Below, in pieces: positions 15,316 through 24,059 of a stretch of 38,127 nt of DNA. Both the position numbers and the translations under genes were made by a program. The notes below the pieces were generated by a model. That model saw only the letters and a program-made list of their open reading frames with translations. It had not been told where the DNA came from and searched no databases. The stretch comes from an uncultured Ardenticatenaceae bacterium (lineage in GTDB: Bacteria > Chloroflexota > Anaerolineae > Promineifilales > Promineifilaceae), in contig CAYGMR010000003.1 of NCBI GenBank assembly GCA_964350725.1, positions 1-38,127 on the forward strand. Direction: 5' to 3'. The number at the start of each line of letters is the position of its first letter. Positions within the stretch are counted from its first letter, which is position 1.

Positions 15316-16440
15316 ATGAAAGTGAGTGTTTGGATGGTTGCCTACAACCACGAACCGTTTATCGCCCAAGCATTAGAGGGCGTGTTGCAGCAAGTCGTCG
15401 ACTTCGATTATGAAATTGTAATCGGCGAAGATTGCTCAACCGACAAAACCCGCGAGATTTTGTTAGATTACAAGCGCCGTTTTCCAGCACGTATTCGCCT
15501 GCTGTTACATGATCAAAATGTAGGGATGCATCAAAATTTGATACAAACCTTGCGCCTGTGTCAAGGTGAATATATCGCCGTTCTGGAAGGAGATGATTTC
15601 TGGCTGTCGCCGCGCAAATTGCAGCGTCAGGTCGAATTGCTAGATCAGGATAGCTCACTGTCCATGTGTTTCCATGAAGCATTCAATCTCTGGCCAGACC
15701 AGCGTGAAACCTTGTATGTGCGGGGGGCGGGAGTCGCGATAAAAGCACGCTATCAACTTGAAGATGTGGTTTGCCGTCACTTTATTCCCACAGCTTCAAT
15801 GTTATTCCGATGCGAAGCTTTAAGCTATTTGCCAGAAGAGATTTATGAGATTCCAGGGTTTGACCGTATGCTCGCGGTTTTGTTGGCACAAGCTGGCGAT
15901 CTCGCTTTTATTGATGAAGTCTGGAGCGTTCGCCGTGTCCATGCCGGTGGTATTTATGCAGGAGCCGCCCACAAAGCCCAAATAAAACATACCTTAAAAA
16001 CGCTGCGGGTTGTCGATGAATATCTTGGTTATGCTTATCACGATCGGATGCGGCCAATCATGTTGGATTATATGATTGAGTTAATTACCCAGCTTGTTTT
16101 AGAAGCGTCACAACAGAATTTGGATCGACGATTGGGTCGACAAATCGAGAAGTCAATTGATGCAAATCGCGACACATTGCCATTGACACCTGCCGAAAAG
16201 AATTATGTGGTGTCTGAAGTGTTGGTGCGCCTGGTTTTTATCTTCCATAAAACGGGACAGTCTGCTTATTTGCGCCGTAGTTGGTTAGGGGCATTGAGTC
16301 GCAACCGCACGACCATATCTGGTAATCGCGGGTTTTGGTCGATTGGTTTGAGTGCGCTTTTGGGAAACGAAAAAGCCACACGACTACGCCATTGGGTAAA
16401 ATCTATTAATAATGAAGGCTTTGGTAGCCAAACCCTTTAA
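15316..16440 (+). CDS. GT2 family glycosyltransferase
   Basis: VSVWMVAYNHEPFIAQALEGVLQQ, IVIGEDCSTDKT and LEGDDFW (DxD-type) motifs. Confidence 0.85.
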   Translation: MKVSVWMVAYNHEPFIAQALEGVLQQVVDFDYEIVIGEDCSTDKTREILLDYKRRFPARIRLLLHDQNVGMHQNLIQTLRLCQGEYIAVLEGDDFWLSPRKLQRQVELLDQDSSLSMCFHEAFNLWPDQRETLYVRGAGVAIKARYQLEDVVCRHFIPTASMLFRCEALSYLPEEIYEIPGFDRMLAVLLAQAGDLAFIDEVWSVRRVHAGGIYAGAAHKAQIKHTLKTLRVVDEYLGYAYHDRMRPIMLDYMIELITQLVLEASQQNLDRRLGRQIEKSIDANRDTLPLTPAEKNYVVSEVLVRLVFIFHKTGQSAYLRRSWLGALSRNRTTISGNRGFWSIGLSALLGNEKATRLRHWVKSINNEGFGSQTL

Positions 16441-16455
16441 TTTTTCTGTGAAGTA

Positions 16456-17910
16456 ATGAAATCTAATAAACTTGTACAACCCATTTTTTTGATTTTGATG
16501 CTGTTGGTGGTCGGCATGTTGCCTGTTTTGGTTTTCGCACAAGCTGCCCCTGAGCAAACCGATCCGATCCGCTTATATTTGTCCAATCTTGAGTACGACT
16601 TGGATTTTCCTGAGGTTGTGGCAGATGTTTATGGGCGTGTGCATGTGGCAACGGCCGTTAACGATTTAGAATTAACCGAAGCCGCATCCAATGGCGCTAT
16701 TTTTTATACTGTTTGGGACGGCGGCGCATGGAGCAATCCGGTTGACATTTTAGCGGGTACAAATGCAGGGTATGTCAGTTTGGAAAAATTTGCCATCACA
16801 GATAAACAACAATTGCATCTCCTTTGGCTCGAAACAACTGGCAGCTTGAATTGGAGTCGCTTGCAAGCCAATGAAGCCGCCTCGGCGCGTTCCTGGCATA
16901 CAATTGATCTGGTTAATGATGCCACAAATGGGGATATTGCTTTACGCGATGAACAAGACGTTGCCGTGGCCTATGTTTTGAAAAATCGCGACATCATTTT
17001 TCGACGCACGTTGGATGGTGGCGACAGTTGGACGCAAGATGTGACAGTTTGGCAGCCCCCCAATGGTCGCCTGGCGAGCCGTGATGTGCGTTTGGCGCTG
17101 GATGATGATGGTGTTTATCACCTGGCTTGGACAGAAGCGGATACGACCCTAGATTGGAATCCTTCTGCTGTGTGGTATGCGCGTTCTATAGATGGTGGTG
17201 CGACCTGGCAGGATTTTTATTATGTGCCGGATGAAGGCAGCTATATCAATATTGGTTTTGATGGGGAGGGCAATGTGCATTTGTTGTGGAACCAAAATGT
17301 CAGCCGGGACGACGGCCGTTACCACACATGGTCGCGTGATGGCGGTCAAACCTGGGAAAAGCCACAGGTTACTTTCCATGAATTAAGCGGCCGTACCGGT
17401 TTTCCGCGTATGATCTTAGATGACGATGGCATTTTGCACCAGATTTCATCAGGTCGTGGGCGCGGCAGAAATGGCGGTATTTATGCGAGTTATTGGACGG
17501 GAACGCGCTGGGCTGAACCACAGCTGCTTTCTGCTGATGTCCAGGATGACAATAACGAAGGCCCATCGGCGGCACTTGCCTTAGGCAACCAGATGCATAT
17601 CGTTTGGCGCAATAACAATACATTAGGTGATGTCATTTACAGCAATGTCACCACAAACGGTACGCAGCTAGAGCCTGTACCTTTGCCGGAAACATTGGCT
17701 TTCGTAACTCCTGAACAAGAGGCAACGGCCGTGCCAACTGCGCAAATAGAGGCAACGGCCGTACCAACCAAACTGCCTATCAGTTTGGCGCAAGCGCCGC
17801 CCAACTCAGGCATATCCACGACCTATTCAGTAATCGGTGCAATTGGAATCGCATTTTTGCTAGTAATGGTTGTGGTTATGATTCAATGGATGCGCATAAA
17901 TGTACGTTAG
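16456..17910 (+). CDS. BNR/Asp-box beta-propeller protein, signal peptide plus C-terminal TM anchor (smaller paralog of the 6650 gene)
   Basis: Asp-boxes TLDGGDSWTQD, SIDGGATWQD and SRDGGQTWEKP. Repeated xDxxGxxHLxW blades. N-terminal signal LILMLLVVGMLPVLVFAQA. Linker EATAVPTAQIEATAVPT. Terminal TM IGAIGIAFLLVMVVVMI. Confidence 0.75.
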   Translation: MKSNKLVQPIFLILMLLVVGMLPVLVFAQAAPEQTDPIRLYLSNLEYDLDFPEVVADVYGRVHVATAVNDLELTEAASNGAIFYTVWDGGAWSNPVDILAGTNAGYVSLEKFAITDKQQLHLLWLETTGSLNWSRLQANEAASARSWHTIDLVNDATNGDIALRDEQDVAVAYVLKNRDIIFRRTLDGGDSWTQDVTVWQPPNGRLASRDVRLALDDDGVYHLAWTEADTTLDWNPSAVWYARSIDGGATWQDFYYVPDEGSYINIGFDGEGNVHLLWNQNVSRDDGRYHTWSRDGGQTWEKPQVTFHELSGRTGFPRMILDDDGILHQISSGRGRGRNGGIYASYWTGTRWAEPQLLSADVQDDNNEGPSAALALGNQMHIVWRNNNTLGDVIYSNVTTNGTQLEPVPLPETLAFVTPEQEATAVPTAQIEATAVPTKLPISLAQAPPNSGISTTYSVIGAIGIAFLLVMVVVMIQWMRINVR

Positions 17911-19231
17911 AGAACGAAACGCGCAAAATACATCACAAAGTAGGTCGGTCATGCCTAGGGTGAATGCTAACGATGCAGACAAGCGTTTGCGTATTGGTTA
18001 TTTGATTCAAAGTCCTGGTTTGGATTTGTCACGGCCGAGCGGCCCACAGATTCATGTGACACGGATTGTAGATGGATTGCGTGCGCGTGGACATGCTGTG
18101 CGTACTGTTCAAGCGGTGACTGGTGGTGTGCAGTGGAGTGATGATTGTCGCTCATGGACATTTGTGCCCTATCCTTCTCGTTGGCGCCCCACATTACGTT
18201 TGCTGGAACGGCCGATACGGTTGGCGCAAACCCTGATTCCGCGTCTCCCATACTTCAATTACTTTGATAGTTTGCGATTTACCGATTTGGCGCGCACGCT
18301 TTTGTCTGATGTGGATCTGCTTTTTGAGCGCTACGAATTTATGAGTTCCGGTGGCACCTTACTCAGCCATCAACTTGGCGTGCCGCTGCTTTTAGAAGTC
18401 AATGGCAGCCATTTTGATGAACTTGAGCATACGGCCGTTGCGCCCCATGGCATCCAAAGAAGCGTATCACGCTGGTTGACACGACGTACATTTGCAAAGG
18501 CCACAAAAGTGTTGCCATCGGGTTATGGTTGGCAGCAGCGCCTGATGGAAATAGGCTTGCTTGATTTCCGAAACTGTGAAGTTGTTTGGCCCGGCACCGA
18601 TTTCGAACTGTTTTCTCAGCAGCGTGATAATGTGGCTTTGCGTGAAAAGTATGCTGTGACACAGAAAGTGGTGATCACATTTGTAGGGGGCTTTGATGTC
18701 TGGCAGGGATTGCCAGGGTTGATTGAAGCTTTCTCACGATTACAAGCTGAAAACCCGGCGGTGACCTTGCTATTGATTGGGGATGGGCCGTTGAAAAGCG
18801 AGTTGCAAAAACAAATCGAGGATAAACAGTTGGCAGCACATATTCATTTTTTGGGCAGATTGAAACAAGACCGAACGGCTGAAGTTTTAGCCATCACAGA
18901 TATTGCCGTACAGCTTTACAGCCAACGTGCCGAATTTGTGGGCATGAAACTGTTTGATTATATGGCCAGTGGAACGGCCGTTATCGTTACTGCGCCCCAC
19001 AAAAAGCACGATCTCATTCAAGATGGCAGCACTGGTCTGGTTATCGAACCAGATAATGTTGAACAATTAACAGCAGCGTTGTTTTGTTTAGCCGACAATC
19101 CGATTTTGTGTACAGATATGGGGAATGCTGCCAGGCACGTCATCGCCCAAAACCATACCTGGGATCACCGTGTTACAAAAATAGAACAACTTGCAGTTGC
19201 TTTATTGGGAGAACAAAAAAATGTGTCTTAA
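17900..19231 (+). CDS. GT4 (GT-B fold) glycosyltransferase
   Basis: The architecture LRIGYLIQSPG...VITFVGGFDVWQGLPGLIEAF...GMKLFDYMASGTAVIV...GSTGLVIE is typical of group-1 glycosyltransferases. The ATG at 17900 overlaps the upstream stop by 11 nt. The alternative ATG is at 17951. Confidence 0.8.
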   Translation: MYVRERNAQNTSQSRSVMPRVNANDADKRLRIGYLIQSPGLDLSRPSGPQIHVTRIVDGLRARGHAVRTVQAVTGGVQWSDDCRSWTFVPYPSRWRPTLRLLERPIRLAQTLIPRLPYFNYFDSLRFTDLARTLLSDVDLLFERYEFMSSGGTLLSHQLGVPLLLEVNGSHFDELEHTAVAPHGIQRSVSRWLTRRTFAKATKVLPSGYGWQQRLMEIGLLDFRNCEVVWPGTDFELFSQQRDNVALREKYAVTQKVVITFVGGFDVWQGLPGLIEAFSRLQAENPAVTLLLIGDGPLKSELQKQIEDKQLAAHIHFLGRLKQDRTAEVLAITDIAVQLYSQRAEFVGMKLFDYMASGTAVIVTAPHKKHDLIQDGSTGLVIEPDNVEQLTAALFCLADNPILCTDMGNAARHVIAQNHTWDHRVTKIEQLAVALLGEQKNVS

Positions 19232-20408
19232 TCAATCACCTAAAGTTAGTGTTGTTATGGCGGCTTATAATGCTGAAAAGTATATTCAGGCTGCCATTAA
19301 TAGTATTTTGATTCAAACCTTTACCGATTTCGAATTCATCATCATTGATGATGGATCGCAAGACGACACATATGCTTTAATCACTGCGTATACGGATCCG
19401 CGCATTCGTATTATCAAGAATGAAACCAACCTTGGCATTACCCTCTCACTCAATAAAGGATTAAAAATTGCAAAAGGTATCTATATTGCGCGTCAAGATG
19501 CTGACGACATTTCCTATCCGACTCGCCTGGAAAAACAGGTGGCATTCTTGGATGAAAATGCCGAGGTGGGATTTGTGGGTGGTTCTTGGAATGTCATGGA
19601 CGCCAACGGCAAGTATTTGAGTACGAAGCGTGTTATCACTGATAATAGTCACCTGTTGTTAGATCAAGTGTTTGTTGAAGTTGTCATCAATCACGGCGTG
19701 GCTATGTTTCGGCAGGCAGCCATTGAACGTGTCGGAGGGTATCGGCCAGAAGCTGGTAATGCGGAAGACCTCGATTTATGGGTGCGTATTGGTGAGCATT
19801 TCCAACTGGTGAATTTAAGTGAGCCACTCTGTGCAACCCGCGTGCATGACGAGTCGATTGTGGGCGGGAGTCTCAAAATCCACCTGGAATCCGTGTACAA
19901 AGTGCGTCAATTAGCTTTGGACCGCTGGGCAGAAACGGGTCAGGTACCGGTGAAAAAGACGACCATTGCACGCTGTTATTTGCTTATGGCATGCCAGGAT
20001 TTTGCCTTGGGTCGTTTAACTCAGGGACGCAACCATTTGTTAGCGGCGCAGAAGGCGGATAGCGCTTTGCCTGAAAAGCATGATTGTGAATCTGAAATTG
20101 CTGTATATGCGATGTGGGCGTGCAAAATGTCCAATCCTACAGGGGATGTCGGCAGCTGGTCACGTGTCGGCAAAACTTATATTGATAGTGTCGTAGGCCA
20201 TATTCCGCCCGGTTGGTCATTTTCGGCCCGGCGTATCTATGCACACTTTATGGTGATTGCAGCTTTCTATTCTTATAGTCGAAAGCAATTTAGCCGGGCG
20301 TTACAATATGTTTTTTCTGGTGTGCGCAACGATTTACATTGGGCAAAAAATCGTGGGTTGTGGCGTGTGCTTAGCGGGTCGTTGGTCGGGCATCGCGTAA
20401 TCTTTTGA
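19221..20408 (+). CDS. GT2 family glycosyltransferase with about 180-aa C-terminal non-catalytic extension
   Basis: VSVVMAAYNAEKYIQAAINSILIQTFTDFEFIIIDDGSQDDT and RQDADDIS motifs. GGGAGAA lies 9 nt upstream of the ATG at 19221. The track start at 19191 is a TTG. Confidence 0.85.
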   Translation: MCLNQSPKVSVVMAAYNAEKYIQAAINSILIQTFTDFEFIIIDDGSQDDTYALITAYTDPRIRIIKNETNLGITLSLNKGLKIAKGIYIARQDADDISYPTRLEKQVAFLDENAEVGFVGGSWNVMDANGKYLSTKRVITDNSHLLLDQVFVEVVINHGVAMFRQAAIERVGGYRPEAGNAEDLDLWVRIGEHFQLVNLSEPLCATRVHDESIVGGSLKIHLESVYKVRQLALDRWAETGQVPVKKTTIARCYLLMACQDFALGRLTQGRNHLLAAQKADSALPEKHDCESEIAVYAMWACKMSNPTGDVGSWSRVGKTYIDSVVGHIPPGWSFSARRIYAHFMVIAAFYSYSRKQFSRALQYVFSGVRNDLHWAKNRGLWRVLSGSLVGHRVIF

Positions 20409-20429
20409 ATGTTTCTGTGAGTATAAATC

Positions 20430-21671
20430 ATGCGAATTGCTGTTTATCATAACTTACCGAGTGGCGGTGCCAAACGGGCGCTGTATGAAATTGTGCGGCG
20501 GCTTGCCGCCTGGCATACTGTCGATGTGTTTACGCTATCAAGTGCAGACCATGACTTTTGTGATCTGCGTCCTTATTGTGAAAAGCATGTTGTCTTTCCG
20601 TTTACTCCCGGGTCATTGGCAAAACGGCCGTTTGGTCGACTCAATCAAGGTGTACGCACAATTGACCTTTATCGCTTGCAGAAATTGCAACGTATGGTGG
20701 CCGCTGCAATCGATGCAGGCAAGTATGATGTTGTTTTTGTGCATCATTGCCAATTCACACAGGCTCCTGGCGTTTTGCAATATTTACAAACGCCATCTGT
20801 TTATTTTTGTCAGGAACCCCCACGTAAGATGTATGAAACGGCCGTTGCGCGTAGCTATGAGCAGTTTACCCCCTTACAGCGTTTTGGAAACAAACTTGAT
20901 CCGCTCCCCGGCATTTACCGGCGCGCTTTGATTAAAATTGACCGCGAGAGTACATTAAAATCGACACGCTTATTGGTCAATTCGAAATATTCAGCGGAGA
21001 GAATCGAGCATATTTATGGGATGCCAACCGATTTGCTTTATCTGGGCGTGGCTGCCGACAAATTTAATGATCTACAGCTGCCTAGAACCACAGAAGTTGT
21101 TTCGGTGGGGGCGCTTACCCCACGCAAGGGTTTTGATTTTTTGATCCGCAGTCTTGCTTTGATCGCTGCAGAGGAACGGCCGTTGCTCCACATTGTCTAC
21201 AATTCGGCTGACCCCCGTGAACAGGAATATTTGCGGTGTTTGGCTGCTGATTTAGAAGTTGCTGTAACGTGGCACCATAAAATTAGCGACACCGCCTTGG
21301 TAGAACTTTACAATCGAGCGGCACTCACCCTTTACGCGCCCGTTATGGAACCTTTTGGTTTTGTACCACTAGAATCGATGGCTTGTGGAACGCCGGTAGT
21401 CGGCGTTGCTGAAGCTGGTGTGTGTGAAACGATTGTACACGCACAGACTGGTTTGCTCATTGAGCGGAATGAGGCTGAATTTGCAACGGCCGTTACGATG
21501 CTGTTGCAAAACCCCACATTGAGAAATCAATACGGCCAACAAGGCAAAAAAAATGTTGTTACTACATGGTCTTGGGAAAATACAGTGAAGACTTTAGAAG
21601 CCTCCCTGATGGAAACGGCCGTTAACGTAAAAAGAGATGCATATGAGTATGAATTTATCCCAACAAATTAA
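20430..21671 (+). CDS. GT4 (GT-B fold) glycosyltransferase
   Basis: EPFGFVPLESMACGTPVVGVAEAGVCETIVHAQTGLL carries the E-x7-E motif of retaining GT4 enzymes. Confidence 0.85.
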   Translation: MRIAVYHNLPSGGAKRALYEIVRRLAAWHTVDVFTLSSADHDFCDLRPYCEKHVVFPFTPGSLAKRPFGRLNQGVRTIDLYRLQKLQRMVAAAIDAGKYDVVFVHHCQFTQAPGVLQYLQTPSVYFCQEPPRKMYETAVARSYEQFTPLQRFGNKLDPLPGIYRRALIKIDRESTLKSTRLLVNSKYSAERIEHIYGMPTDLLYLGVAADKFNDLQLPRTTEVVSVGALTPRKGFDFLIRSLALIAAEERPLLHIVYNSADPREQEYLRCLAADLEVAVTWHHKISDTALVELYNRAALTLYAPVMEPFGFVPLESMACGTPVVGVAEAGVCETIVHAQTGLLIERNEAEFATAVTMLLQNPTLRNQYGQQGKKNVVTTWSWENTVKTLEASLMETAVNVKRDAYEYEFIPTN

Positions 21672-22473
21672 AATCAGTGGTCACCTAATACAACCTCGTC
21701 GAATCTTTGGGCGTTTTAACGGCCCCAAAGTCTTGTTAGCTAGTGTACCCAAAGCTGGTACCAACTTGCTTCTAAAAATATTAGAAGCTTTTCCCAATCT
21801 CAGATTTGGCAGAGATGTTGTTGGTTCACCAGAAGAGAAACGGCAACAGTTGAACCAGATTGCCACCACGAAACGTGGCCAAATCGTCGTGACACATTTG
21901 CGTTATACATCGGAACTGCCCCCTATTTTGCGCCGCAATAGGATAAAAGGCTTATTCATTAGCCGTGATCCACGCGCTGTTTGCATTTCGCATTTTCACC
22001 ATATCATGCGCCACGCAGACCATTGGTGTCACTCCTACTTCCAGCAAGAATTATCAAGTGCTGACTCGCGGATCATGGCTGTGATCAATGGGCTTGATGT
22101 GGAATATGGTGACAATAAACGGCTTATTTTGCCTTCAATTGACAAGTTTTTCCGCCACCGATTGCCTTACCGCCAGGATGCACAGTTTCTCCCATTGACT
22201 TTTGAAGAATTGATCGGGGGTCAAGGTGGTGGCAGTAATAAACAGCAACGCGATACAATTATCAAAATAGCAACGTATTTAAATGTAAACCTCGATCCCA
22301 ATGATTTAGAAAATATTGTTAATCATGCTTTTTCCCCAGCTTCACCGACCTTTCGCAAGGGTAAGATTGATAGTTGGCGACAAGAAATGCAGCCAAAACA
22401 TATTGCAGCTTTCAAAAAGGTTGCTGGCAAACTGCTTGTTGAACTTGGATATGAAAACGACCTGAACTGGTGA
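21637..22473 (+). CDS. PAPS-dependent sulfotransferase
   Basis: VPKAGTNLL fits the 5'-phosphosulfate-binding loop (PKxGT). FISRDPRAVCISHF fits the 3'-phosphate-binding RDPRD-type motif. The start is uncertain (ATGs at 21637, 21643 and 21649, all overlapping the upstream gene). Confidence 0.75.
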   Translation: MHMSMNLSQQIKISGHLIQPRRIFGRFNGPKVLLASVPKAGTNLLLKILEAFPNLRFGRDVVGSPEEKRQQLNQIATTKRGQIVVTHLRYTSELPPILRRNRIKGLFISRDPRAVCISHFHHIMRHADHWCHSYFQQELSSADSRIMAVINGLDVEYGDNKRLILPSIDKFFRHRLPYRQDAQFLPLTFEELIGGQGGGSNKQQRDTIIKIATYLNVNLDPNDLENIVNHAFSPASPTFRKGKIDSWRQEMQPKHIAAFKKVAGKLLVELGYENDLNW

Positions 22474-22478
22474 TCAAT

Positions 22479-23444
22479 ATGCCAAAAGATTTGCCATCCA
22501 TTGCTTTTATCATCTTGAATTGGAACAACCCTGCCGATACGATTGCTTGTGTGCAAACTTTGCAAACGGCCGTAATAAACGCTGCCTGCCACGATGTGAT
22601 CTTGGTTGTTGATAATGGTTCAACAGATGATTCAGTGGCGCAAATGCGGGCTGCGGATATTGATGTGCAAATCATAGAAAACCAGCAGAATTTGGGGTAT
22701 GCCGGTGGCAATAATGTCGGTATACGCGCCGCTTTGGCACAAGGCATTGATTATGTTTGCATCCTAAATAATGACGTGATTGTCACGCCACATTTCCTGG
22801 TACCCTTGCTACAAACAATCCAAGCTGACCCGCAAATTGGTATCGTGACACCACTCATTGCGCTTGCCTCGCAACCAGATGAAGTCTGGGCAGGTGGTGC
22901 TGAACTGAATGCGCAGACGGGTCAGGTTCAACGTCTAAACGCCGGATTAGTTACCACAAACTTGTCTATAATCCCCGCATATGATGTACAAATTGCGCCT
23001 GGAGCTGCCTTCTTGGTACATCGTTCGGTTTTAGAACAGGTGGGATTATTGGATGAAGCCTATTTTTTGTATTATGAAGAAATTGATTGGAGTTTACGTG
23101 TGCGGCAAGCGGGTTTTCGCATCGTGACGGTTCCGCAATCAGTTGTTCTGCATAAAGTCTCAGCGACTTTAGGGCAGACATCGCCCGTAACTGACTATTA
23201 TATGGCACGCAACCGCTATTATTTTGTTGCTCGCAATTGGTATGGATTAGCACGTTTGCGTTTATTTAGCCGCACTTTTTTGGGACAAACCGCCACGATT
23301 CTGGCTTACACGTTTAGAAAACGCAGTCAGGCACGTTTGTTACGTCGTGATGTGCGTTTGCTTGCTCTGCGCGATGGTCTGCTGGGGCGTTGGGGTGAAA
23401 TGGGCGCTGATGTTACTGCGCGGTGTTTTTCTGGAACTGGATAA
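22479..23444 (+). CDS. GT2 family glycosyltransferase (WbbL/rhamnosyltransferase-like subgroup)
   Basis: IAFIILNWNNPADTIACVQTL, VVDNGSTDDS, NLGYAGGNN and YYEEIDWSLR motifs. The track start at 22470 is a GTG overlapping the upstream stop. The ATG is at 22479. Confidence 0.85.
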   Translation: MPKDLPSIAFIILNWNNPADTIACVQTLQTAVINAACHDVILVVDNGSTDDSVAQMRAADIDVQIIENQQNLGYAGGNNVGIRAALAQGIDYVCILNNDVIVTPHFLVPLLQTIQADPQIGIVTPLIALASQPDEVWAGGAELNAQTGQVQRLNAGLVTTNLSIIPAYDVQIAPGAAFLVHRSVLEQVGLLDEAYFLYYEEIDWSLRVRQAGFRIVTVPQSVVLHKVSATLGQTSPVTDYYMARNRYYFVARNWYGLARLRLFSRTFLGQTATILAYTFRKRSQARLLRRDVRLLALRDGLLGRWGEMGADVTARCFSGTG

Positions 23445-23446
23445 AT

Positions 23447-24055
23447 ATGACAGATATTGGACCTTCGACGACATCAAAACATAGACTGCGCTACTTGCCA
23501 CGGCCGTTAAAACGTTTTTTGAACAAGCTATATTGGTTGGGGTATGATGGGCTCGATTTTCTAGCTGAGGTGGTTGGTTGGATTCCCTTCCATTTTTTGC
23601 GACTGGTTGCTTATCGTTTGTTGAAAGTGCGCATCGGCTCCCAAACAAGCATTCACCGTAAATGCCGTTTTTATCGGCCTGGCGGTGTACAGATTGGCAA
23701 GGGCAGTGTGATCAACCGCGATGTTTTACTCGACGGCCGTTCCACTCTCCACATAGGTAACAGCGTCAGCATCTCCGAAAGTACGCTCATCTTTACGCTT
23801 GAACACGATCCGAACAGCCCCACTTTTGCCCAACGTGGCGGCACAGTGCAAATTCATGATTATGTGTTTGTCGGCAGTCGGGCCACGATTTTGCCAGGCA
23901 TTACTGTCGGCGAGGGCGCGGTTGTGGCGGCGGGTGCTGTCGTGACACGTGATGTTGCGCCCTATACCATCGTCGCTGGTGTGCCCGCGCGCCCCATTGG
24001 CGAGCGTCGCCGCGATTTGTGCTATTCTTTGGATTACAGCAAATTCCTTGGTTAA
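23447..24055 (+). CDS. Hexapeptide-repeat (LbH) sugar O-acetyltransferase
   Basis: VFVGSRATILPGITVGEGAVVAAGAVVTRDVAPYTIVAGVPARPIG. The N-terminal hydrophobic helix resembles that of the 2657 gene. The ATG at 23447 follows the upstream stop by 2 nt. Confidence 0.8.
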   Translation: MTDIGPSTTSKHRLRYLPRPLKRFLNKLYWLGYDGLDFLAEVVGWIPFHFLRLVAYRLLKVRIGSQTSIHRKCRFYRPGGVQIGKGSVINRDVLLDGRSTLHIGNSVSISESTLIFTLEHDPNSPTFAQRGGTVQIHDYVFVGSRATILPGITVGEGAVVAAGAVVTRDVAPYTIVAGVPARPIGERRRDLCYSLDYSKFLG

Positions 24056-24059
24056 TCCC

